NCBI GenBank assembly: GCA_964014485.1 | Contig: CAXHAT010000197.1 | Location: 1-14,628, forward strand | Direction of reading: 5' to 3' | Length of the DNA stretch: 14,628 nucleotides | Source: an uncultured Deferribacteres bacterium | GTDB taxonomy: Bacteria; Zhuqueibacterota; Zhuqueibacteria; Zhuqueibacterales; Geothermadaptataceae | Shown here: in pieces, positions 7,381 to 14,580 of the stretch | Position numbering within the stretch: position 1 is the first letter of the stretch | Layout of the letters: each line of letters starts with the position of its first letter | The notes under the pieces: generated by a model | The model's input: only the letters and a program-made list of their open reading frames with translations | What the model was told of the DNA's origin: nothing | Databases searched by the model: none | Program-made: the position numbers and the translations under genes

Positions 7381-7615
7381 CTGATGTTACGCGGCTGGCC
7401 AATAATGGATGCCGTAGATTGGTTTCCAGTTGCATCGAATACTGCAATTGAAAATAGAAATGCTTGACCCTCAAAAACGTTTTTCAAGGTCATTCCTGCG
7501 CAGGCAGGAATCCAGAAAATGGTGCACGGCCCCTGGATTCCTGCTTCCGGAAAAATGACGCGTAGAGCAAAGCTTTTAGTCAAATACCATATTATTGGCA
7601 AGCGCATAACATCAG
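7381..7615. mobile_element. MITE-like element D (235 bp), same TIR family as element C, 8-bp TSD, enclosing a GTCATTCC-type REP doublet
   Basis: CTGATGTTACGC (7381-7392) and GCATAACATCAG (7604-7615, 1 mismatch). The IR extends imperfectly through GCCAATAAT/ATTATTGGC. TTATTTCA at 7373-7380 and 7616-7623. Confidence 0.88.
7489..7559. repeat. GTCATTCC-type palindromic REP doublet
   Basis: GTCATTCCTGCGCAGGCAGGAATCCAG (7489-7515) inverted against degenerate CTGGATTCCTGCTTCCGGAAAAATGAC (7533-7559). Another unit occurs at 14548. Confidence 0.85.
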
Positions 7616-7732
7616 TTATTTCAGGTAAATTCTCAACTGTGACCGGATTAAGGCCGTTTTGTTCAACTGGTGCGAATTTAGCCCGGTTTAGCTGCAACAT
7701 CCACCCGGTTCTTGTGCATTCCGAATACTCTC

Positions 7733-7748
7733 GATTTAGCGCTAAATC
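7733..7748. promoter_or_regulatory. Perfect 16-bp palindrome, candidate transcription-factor operator
   Basis: GATTTAGCGCTAAATC in the divergent yedA/glycosyltransferase intergenic region. The central AGCGCT recalls LacI-family operators. The palindrome is observed; its function is inferred. Confidence 0.35.
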
Positions 7749-7875
7749 TTGAGATCGTCAGAATGAAAAGGCGCTTTTCCTTCTCTTCTCAGGTTTTATG
7801 CGAGCGGATGATTCCTGGAAAACGAATTCGGCGGGTCTCCCAAAAACATGGTCTCCGGATCACAGATTACGATTT

Positions 7876-7903
7876 GTAGGGGTTCAAAATTTTGAACCCC
7901 TAC
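7876..7903. repeat. GTAG-type REP, perfect 28-bp palindrome
   Basis: GTAGGGGTTCAAAATTTTGAACCCCTAC with GTAG/CTAC termini typical of RAYT-associated REPs. Confidence 0.85.
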
Positions 7904-8131
7904 GCAATGCTGCCATGAGCGATACAAACAATATGTTTTGGAATCTCTCCACCCTGCCGAACCCGTGGTCTTGACGTTCTTTATTTTTAAAAAACAATCA
8001 ATTAGCAGCATTCCCGTTTACACCGATTTTGCAGAGCTTGATTCTGCATACTTCATTTTTGTACGTAACCTCATAGACAACTTTTTCGAGAAGGGCGGCG
8101 ACGTCCGGCGTGGATTTATACGAAAACGAGA

Positions 8132-9292
8132 ATGTCGAAAATACGCATCGCACACTTGGTCAACCAGCTTTATTACGCGGGAAAAGAAGCTGGCATTATG
8201 AAGATTTCGTCCCGCATGGATTCGTCGCAATTTGAAGTCGACATCGTCGTGCTTGGAAAAATTGTCAAAAACCAGCAGTTCAACGCCGACCAATTGCGCA
8301 CGATTGAACTGAACAAAAAGCCCGGCAACGATCCGAAGATTCTACTCAAGCTGGCGCGGATTTTCAAAAAAAACCAGTACGATATTATTTACACCCACGC
8401 CTGGAACACGCTTCTGGAAGGCTACATTCCGGCGGTTCTGGCGCGCACGCCAGTCAAAATTCACGGCGAGCACGGCACCTTCGAGCGTTCGCCGAAAAAG
8501 GACAGATTGCAGCGTTCGATCTGGGGGCGGTTCGACGCGGTCACCGTCGTCGCGGCGGATTTGCAAAACAAGATGCGCGATCTGTTTGGCTACACCAAAG
8601 AAAACGTCACCGTCGTTTACAACGGCATCGATGTGACGAAACTGCATCCGTCGGCGGAAAAACGGCAAGCGTTTCGCGAAGCACACGGCTTGGCGGGAAA
8701 ATTCCTGGTCGGCACGGTTGGCCGTTTTCATCCCGTGAAAGACCACTTTACGTTGATTCGCGGCTTTGCCCGTTTTCGCGCCAGCGTACCGGAAGCGCGG
8801 CTGCTTTTCGTGGGGAAAGAGACGGACGATCTCTACCCGGAATACACAAAATTGATGGACGAACTGGGCGTCCGCGAAGACGTCGTCCTGGTTGATCCGA
8901 CGCCCGACGTAGACAAGATTTACGCCGCGTTGGACGTCTTTGTGCTATCGTCGATCAGCGAGGGCTGTTCGAACGTCATTTTGGAATCTTTAGGCTGCGG
9001 CGCGCCGGTTTTGGCCACGCGCACCGGCGGCAACCCGGAGCTAGTTCAGGAAAATATCAACGGTTTGCTTTTCAAAGTCGGGGACGACAAGGGGCTGGCT
9101 GATCGCTTGATGCAACTTTACAACGACGCCGCAATGCGCAAAGCGTTTGGCGCGGCGGGATCGAAATATATCCATGAACATTTCACCATCGAAAACACCG
9201 TTCGCAACTACGAGAACCTCTACAGAAAACTTTACGAGCACAAGCGCCGCGCCGGCGCAATCCCGGATATCTCCGTCGCATATGGACAATAA
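8132..9292 (+). CDS. GT4-family (GT-B) glycosyltransferase
   Basis: IHGEHG, VVYNGID, VGTVGRFHPVKDH, DVFVLSSISEGCSNVILE (EX7E motif) and TRTGGNPELV. Confidence 0.95.
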   Translation: MSKIRIAHLVNQLYYAGKEAGIMKISSRMDSSQFEVDIVVLGKIVKNQQFNADQLRTIELNKKPGNDPKILLKLARIFKKNQYDIIYTHAWNTLLEGYIPAVLARTPVKIHGEHGTFERSPKKDRLQRSIWGRFDAVTVVAADLQNKMRDLFGYTKENVTVVYNGIDVTKLHPSAEKRQAFREAHGLAGKFLVGTVGRFHPVKDHFTLIRGFARFRASVPEARLLFVGKETDDLYPEYTKLMDELGVREDVVLVDPTPDVDKIYAALDVFVLSSISEGCSNVILESLGCGAPVLATRTGGNPELVQENINGLLFKVGDDKGLADRLMQLYNDAAMRKAFGAAGSKYIHEHFTIENTVRNYENLYRKLYEHKRRAGAIPDISVAYGQ

Positions 9293-10310
9293 CGCATTTC
9301 AGGGCGTGCTGCATGAATTTGCCGAAACGCCCGAGTTCGAAAAGCTCGGCGCAGGTCGGTTTCAGCGCGCTGAAAAAGTCCGTGAATTCGAGCGCCGTTA
9401 CTCCAAATTGCAAGTGCATGACTTGCACGGCGACGGGCCGAAAAAAAGCGCTCGCGTTTATATCAAAATCTACAAAAACGTCTACAAGAAATCGCCGGAG
9501 AAGCTGCGCCTGTTGATTGAGCGCGAGTACGACTCCAATCTTTTTTGGGCGGACAACCTTGAAGCTTACGAAGAATTCAGCGCTATCCGCCCGCTGTTTC
9601 AGTCCGTGCCTCGGCGCGCGATCATCACCAAAGCGGAGATTGGCAAGAACCTCGGCGATCTGGTGCGCCGGCGCCTGCGTTACACGCGGTCACGGGAAAA
9701 GCACGAGAGCTTGCAGCGGCACATGTTCAACGTTGGGCGCTTGCTCAAAATTATGCAAGAATGCGAAGCGTCGGAAAAGCGGTTCGACTTTTCGGAACTC
9801 GTGGAAGACGTTGACTTGCGCATGAGAATTTTGGTCGATGAGCCAACCGCAAATTTCGGAGAGAATTTGCGGCGAAACGTGCTCAATTTTTACGAAAAAA
9901 ATATCCCGAAGCTCGAGCAAAATCCGCTGCCGATTTGCTACTTGCACCGCGATTTTATGATGGCGAATGTTTTGGTAAATCGCAGCAAAACGATTATCCA
10001 CGACTTCACCAAGATGGACGAAGGCTCGCGCATGTTCGACCTGACGCGATTTTACCATCACCTCGGTCTTCTCAAGTACAAGCCGACCTACCCGCGCGCC
10101 GCCGTGAGTCGATTGCAGGAGTCGTTCCTGCGCGGCTATGACTACGAAAGCGGCGTCGGTGACACACTATTCAATTTCTTTTTGCTCCGACACTACATGA
10201 CCCATTTCAAAGGCTTGGTGCGAGACAGTCGAAATTCCGTAAAAGCAAGGCTTTACAACAAATGGGTGATGAAGAATCACGTAGAGAATATTCAGCGCAT
10301 CGTCTTGTAA
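9282..10310 (+). CDS. Aminoglycoside-phosphotransferase/kinase-like protein
   Basis: VYIKIY (catalytic Lys strand), LHRDFMMANVL (HxDxxxxN), IHDF and MFDLTRF. ATG 9282 overlaps the upstream gene by 11 bp; the ORF-track extension to 9147 looks non-coding. Confidence 0.78.
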   Translation: MDNNAFQGVLHEFAETPEFEKLGAGRFQRAEKVREFERRYSKLQVHDLHGDGPKKSARVYIKIYKNVYKKSPEKLRLLIEREYDSNLFWADNLEAYEEFSAIRPLFQSVPRRAIITKAEIGKNLGDLVRRRLRYTRSREKHESLQRHMFNVGRLLKIMQECEASEKRFDFSELVEDVDLRMRILVDEPTANFGENLRRNVLNFYEKNIPKLEQNPLPICYLHRDFMMANVLVNRSKTIIHDFTKMDEGSRMFDLTRFYHHLGLLKYKPTYPRAAVSRLQESFLRGYDYESGVGDTLFNFFLLRHYMTHFKGLVRDSRNSVKARLYNKWVMKNHVENIQRIVL

Positions 10311-10323
10311 AGAAACATTAGAA

Positions 10324-10411
10324 ACCCACCCCTAACCCTTCCCAGGAGGGGACTCCATGCGACCGCGAAACGGTCGACCAATTCCCCTCCTGGGAGGGGT
10401 TAGGGGTAGGT
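10324..10411. repeat. REP-like long inverted repeat (CCCCTAACCCCTCCC type)
   Basis: ACCCACCCCTAACCCTTCCCAGGAGGGGA (10324-10352) versus TCCCCTCCTGGGAGGGGTTAGGGGTAGGT (10383-10411), 27/29 complementary. Inner hairpin CGACCG-CGAAA-CGGTCG at 10360-10376. Confidence 0.85.
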
Positions 10412-10448
10412 AAACACACGCACCAAAAAGCACTTACGTCCACCAAAA

Positions 10449-12797
10449 ATGCCAAACCTCGCAAAACTCAAGAAACTCTCCCACATGCCCGCCGGAGAAA
10501 TTGCTTCGCGCGCCGGAGAAGTATTCAAAGCCAAAGCGGAGCGTCGAAAATTCGACGATGAATTTGCGCGCGTGCAAGCTGAAAACTTCAACTTTTTTGC
10601 CGAGAACCACCGAACGCTTTTACAATCTTTGCAAAACGGCGGTCTCGAAGAAACCTTCGCCCGCACCGATTGGCGGCGGCGCTTTCCGATTCCGTTCGAC
10701 GGTCAAAAAGCCGAAGATTTTCGCAAAAAATTTTCCGGCGCGGTGAACACAAGCATCGCTCGCGCGGATGATTTTCTGGCGCACAAGTTCAAGTTTATGG
10801 GCGTGGAAATTACTTACCCGGAGAAGATCGATTGGCTGCACGACCCGCGCACCAACACGCCTTTCCCGGACGGATTTTATCGCGACATCAAGATTTTCAA
10901 AAACGTCAACGGCACGGACATCAAGCACATTTGGGAAGTTCATCGGCTGCAATTTTTGATTGAAATCGCGAAGGCGTGGTACGTCACCGGTGACGCGAAA
11001 TATCAGCAGGAAATCGACGCGATTGTCGAAGACTGGGTTGAAGCCAATCCCTATAAAAAAGGCGTAGCGTGGACGAGTGCATTGGAAGTCGGCGTGCGCG
11101 CTTTTTCTTTTCTGTGGACATTGAATTTTTATTTGGCCGCACCGGATCCGAACCCGAAAACGGTGAATCTGCTGCTAAAGTCGCTCTATCTCGCGGCCAA
11201 ATTTATCGATGAAAATCTTTCGATTTATTTCAGTCCTTACAACCATTTGATCGGCGAAGTCGCGGCGTTGTTTGCCATCGGCTATCTTTTCCCCGGTTTC
11301 AAGGAAGGCGATTTTTGGGCGCGAAAAGCCTGGAAAATTCTCGAAGAACAAGCGCCGAAACAGTTTCACCCGGACGGCTGCACCGTCGAGCAAGCGACGT
11401 TTTACCATCATTTCACGCTTGGATTTTATCTCCAGTGCATCAATCTGCGGCGCATCAACGGCGACGCCGCTTCGCCCAAAACGATGGGGATCGTTGAAAA
11501 AGCGCTGGAATTTCCGCTCGCGATGACGCGCCCCGACGGCACGCTGCCGTGGGTCGGCGATATTGACACGGCGCGTTCATTGTATTTTTCCGATCCGGCG
11601 CAGTGGAATTTTCGCGGTTTTCAAGCTTTCGGCGCGGCGTGGTTTCAGCGCAGCGACATGCGTTGGCTGGCAGGCAACAGTTCCGAAGAAGCGTTCTGGA
11701 ATCTCTCCCAAGCAGATTATAAGCTTTATGAAAATACGCCGTCAAAAATCCCCGGCGACAAGGTCACGCGATTGCGTGACGCGGGCTACGTTGTGATGCG
11801 CAGCGGTCGGACGAAGTCGGCGCATTACGGCATGATCGATTGCGGCCCAATCGCCCACGGCATACCGGAAGACGGCGCGTCTTCAGCGGCCCACGGTCAC
11901 GCGGATTTGCTGTCGATTGAGATCGCGCCTTTCGGCGAAAACATGTTGATCGATCCGGGATTTTCCAATTATCGCGGTGAGTACAATTGGCACAAATATT
12001 TTCGCGGCACGGCGGCGCACAACACGCTCGAAATTGACGAGCAGTCGCAGGCGGTGCAGAGCGGGATTCTGAACTGGAGCCATGCGCCGCGCTTTCGGGC
12101 GATTCAAACCTTTTCCGGCAAATTGGCGCAGGGATTCTGCGGCGAACATTACGGCTACCATCGTTTGGCCAACAAACCGACGCATCGGCGATACTTTGCT
12201 TTTGTCGATCAAGCGTTCTGGCTGACTTACGATTTGGTCTACCCAACGAAATCATCTTCGAGCGAGCAAACGCACTTGCTTAGACAACATTTTCATTTTG
12301 GGCAAAATATTGAAGTCACTCAGCCAGAGAATGGACAAGGTTTTTCGGCGGTTGGGGAAACGGCGCGCTTGGAAGGACGCATTTTTTACGCCGGGGCCAA
12401 GCCGGAAGCGCGCATTAAATCCGGCGGGCCTTATCCCGAAGAAGGCTGGATTTCGCCGACTTATCGCGAGCGTCGACCGGCGCCCGTCGCGTCTTTTGCT
12501 TTTGAAGAAAAACTGCCTTTTTCATGCCTAACGCTGTTTGTCCCGCGCAGAAAAGATTCTACGAATTCGGCGCCGGTCTTTGAAGTTGACGGCAAAACGA
12601 TCTCGTTTTCTTTCGATGAAAAAACGTATTCAATTACGCATCGCCAACCGACGACGTACGATTTTAAGCAAGACGCCGCCGCGGAATTGGCAGTAATCAT
12701 AGCGAAACATCTCGACAATCAAGCATTGCGGCTCCGCGCGGAACCAATGCATAACGATACGTTTTCCGAGCAGGTTTTGATGATTTCGGAAGATTGA
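10449..12797 (+). CDS. Heparinase II/III-family protein (alginate-lyase-like alpha/alpha toroid plus beta-sandwich)
   Basis: DIKHIWEVHRLQFL, NPYKKGVAWTSALEVGVR, NHLIGE, DGCTVEQATFYH, AHGHADLLS, LIDPG and YFRGTAAHNT. Confidence 0.92.
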   Translation: MPNLAKLKKLSHMPAGEIASRAGEVFKAKAERRKFDDEFARVQAENFNFFAENHRTLLQSLQNGGLEETFARTDWRRRFPIPFDGQKAEDFRKKFSGAVNTSIARADDFLAHKFKFMGVEITYPEKIDWLHDPRTNTPFPDGFYRDIKIFKNVNGTDIKHIWEVHRLQFLIEIAKAWYVTGDAKYQQEIDAIVEDWVEANPYKKGVAWTSALEVGVRAFSFLWTLNFYLAAPDPNPKTVNLLLKSLYLAAKFIDENLSIYFSPYNHLIGEVAALFAIGYLFPGFKEGDFWARKAWKILEEQAPKQFHPDGCTVEQATFYHHFTLGFYLQCINLRRINGDAASPKTMGIVEKALEFPLAMTRPDGTLPWVGDIDTARSLYFSDPAQWNFRGFQAFGAAWFQRSDMRWLAGNSSEEAFWNLSQADYKLYENTPSKIPGDKVTRLRDAGYVVMRSGRTKSAHYGMIDCGPIAHGIPEDGASSAAHGHADLLSIEIAPFGENMLIDPGFSNYRGEYNWHKYFRGTAAHNTLEIDEQSQAVQSGILNWSHAPRFRAIQTFSGKLAQGFCGEHYGYHRLANKPTHRRYFAFVDQAFWLTYDLVYPTKSSSSEQTHLLRQHFHFGQNIEVTQPENGQGFSAVGETARLEGRIFYAGAKPEARIKSGGPYPEEGWISPTYRERRPAPVASFAFEEKLPFSCLTLFVPRRKDSTNSAPVFEVDGKTISFSFDEKTYSITHRQPTTYDFKQDAAAELAVIIAKHLDNQALRLRAEPMHNDTFSEQVLMISED

Positions 12798-12817
12798 ACC
12801 ACCGTTCACGAAAAAGA

Positions 12818-13022
12818 ATGCTCCGAAGGAGCAAAACAACATAGCCCAGGGCAGTGCCCTGGGTTCAAAAACATACCAAGCTTCCCCCAAAGCCCTGAAA
12901 GGGCGGAACATGTGGGTGCATAAAAGTTTGTCTCGCCCTTTCAGGGCTTTAAAAATACAATTTGGGTTGCTCGTTTTCCAGGGCGTTGCCCTTCGCTATT
13001 ACATTCCGCCCCTTTGGGGCTG
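12818..13022. repeat. REPIN (AGCCCAGGGCAACGCCCTGGG / GCCCTGAAAGGGC type), copy 1
   Basis: Nested modules GCTCCGAAGGAGC, TAGCCCAGGGCAGTGCCCTGGG (12842-12863), AGCCCTGAAAGGGCG (12891-12905), then CGCCCTTTCAGGGCT (12934-12948), CCAGGGCGTTGCCCTTCGCTA and GCCCCTTTGGGGC. Confidence 0.9.
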
Positions 13023-13084
13023 GTTTTTGGATTGTTCAGGACTTCCAACCCGGTACGATCCAGATGATTTTTGAAGATCGATCT

Positions 13085-13284
13085 ATGCTCCAAAGGAGCT
13101 AAACAATACAGCCCAGGGCAACGCCCTGGGTTCAAAAACATCCCCGCCTCCCTTGAAGCCCTGAAGGGGCGGAACATGCGGGTGCGTAAAAATTTGTCCC
13201 GCCCTTTCAGGGCTTAAAATCTGTCTTGTTGCTGGTTACCCAGGGCGTTGCCCTGGGCTATGATATTTCGCCCCTTTGGGGCTG
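13085..13284. repeat. REPIN, tandem copy 2
   Basis: Same six modules in the same order as 12818-13022, with a similar central spacer (GGAACATGCGGGTGCGTAAAAATTTGTC). Confidence 0.9.
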
Positions 13285-13403
13285 ATTTTCGTTTGTTGCC
13301 GAAAATGTCATCCAGTAAGCGCCTATTTTGCCGAATTCACGGGGCAGGCAAAATAGATTCCCCCTGAATGCCATGAAACGGGACGAAAATCGACTGCGAA
13401 TTT

Positions 13404-13409
13404 AAGGAG
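13404..13409 (+). promoter_or_regulatory. Ribosome-binding site
   Basis: AAGGAG 6 nt upstream of ATG 13416. Confidence 0.75.
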
Positions 13410-13415
13410 TAGTTA

Positions 13416-14486
13416 ATGGCGAACGGCCAGTTAAAAGTTTTAGAAATTTCTTCCTATCCGCCGCCGTTGGCGGGCTGGGGGATGCGCGTTTTTGTGGTTA
13501 AGCGCGCGCTCGAAAGTCAAGGACACGTCTGCGAAGTTTTGAATATCGGCAAGGGCCGCTTTCTCGTCAACCGCGATTTCATCCCGGTTTTTGGCGCGAT
13601 TGATTATGCCAAAAAAGTGCTCAAACACCGCCTGAAAGGCTTCACCGTCCACATGCACCTCAACGGCGATTCGCCGAAAGGTTTTATGTTGACCACCCTC
13701 GCGCTGACGATCAGTCTGCTCACTTTCCGCAGGCCGGTGATCACGTTTCACGCCGGGCCTGTGCAAAAATACTTTCCGCAATCCGAAGCGCCGTTGCTTA
13801 CTCCATTGTATAAATATATTTTCTCCGCCGCGCGACACATCATCTGCAACAGCGACGCGGAAAAGAAGGCGATCATGGGGTACGGCGTTCCGGCGAAAAA
13901 ATGCCGGCCGATCCAGGCTTTTACAAAACAATATCTTGAGTTCGACAGAATCCAGCTCTCCGACGAACTCGAAGATTTCTATAAAAAGTATAAAAACGTC
14001 ATTTGCACCTACGTCTTCTATCGTCCGCAGTATTTTCTGGAAGAGATGATGGAAGGCTTGGGGATTCTTTTTAAGGAGCGCCCCGATACGGCGATGGTGA
14101 TGATGGGCCCCGATCGCGATCAGGGAGCAATCATCGATTTGCTGCGCAAAAACGGCATCGAAGATCGCGTTTTAATTATCGGCAATCAAGCGCACGACGC
14201 TTTTTTGACCGTCATGGCGAAGTCCAAGCTCTACCTGCGGACGCATTGGAAGGACGGCGTTTCGTCCTCCGTGCTGGAATCGCTGGCGCTGGGCGTGCCC
14301 GTCGTGGCCTGCGAAAATGACCGCCGTCCGCCGAGCACGGTGACGTTTGAAAACCAAAACGTCGACGAAATGGTCGAAAAGCTGCGCTACGTTTTGGACA
14401 ATCACCAAGAAGCCGTGCAAGCGATTCAAAAACCGGACATTCCGGACACGGTCACGGACGAAATCGCGGTTTTGGCGGGAGAATAG
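13416..14486 (+). CDS. GT4-like glycosyltransferase
   Basis: N-terminal VLEISSYPPPLAGWG, PVITFHAG and C-terminal DGVSSSVLESLALGVPVVA (D/EX7E motif of GT-B enzymes). Confidence 0.88.
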   Translation: MANGQLKVLEISSYPPPLAGWGMRVFVVKRALESQGHVCEVLNIGKGRFLVNRDFIPVFGAIDYAKKVLKHRLKGFTVHMHLNGDSPKGFMLTTLALTISLLTFRRPVITFHAGPVQKYFPQSEAPLLTPLYKYIFSAARHIICNSDAEKKAIMGYGVPAKKCRPIQAFTKQYLEFDRIQLSDELEDFYKKYKNVICTYVFYRPQYFLEEMMEGLGILFKERPDTAMVMMGPDRDQGAIIDLLRKNGIEDRVLIIGNQAHDAFLTVMAKSKLYLRTHWKDGVSSSVLESLALGVPVVACENDRRPPSTVTFENQNVDEMVEKLRYVLDNHQEAVQAIQKPDIPDTVTDEIAVLAGE

Positions 14487-14547
14487 GTGACCGGAGTAAT
14501 CTTTTTCATTTCTCAGTAATACGATCTGGACTTAGTCTCGCATTCAC

Positions 14548-14571
14548 GTCATTCCCGCGCAGGCGGGAATC
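14548..14571. repeat. GTCATTCC-type REP unit; any partner lost at contig end
   Basis: GTCATTCCCGCGCAGGCGGGAATC, homologous to 7489-7512. Confidence 0.85.
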
Positions 14572-14580
14572 TATGAGCGC

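Noticed and set aside
7341..7752. ORFs 7341-7700 (-) and 7519-7752 (+)
   Set aside because: Translations of element D and its REP (WIPACAGMT is a typical REP-derived peptide); no transposase motifs.
8094..8105. ops/JUMPStart element before the polysaccharide genes (GGCGGCGACGTC)
   Set aside because: Only 8/12 match to GGCGGTAGCGTG, and the critical TAG is absent.
12630..13177. Paralogous small ORFs beginning MFRPFRA
   Set aside because: Shadow translations of the two REPIN copies, antisense to the operon.
13364..13403. Hammerhead ribozyme (CTGA...GGACGAAA)
   Set aside because: The core reads CTGAATG rather than CUGAnGA, and stems II and III do not pair properly.
347..14429. Remaining antisense and alternate-frame ORFs in the six-frame track
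   Set aside because: They overlap well-supported genes and show no recognisable motifs; expected shadow ORFs at this GC content.
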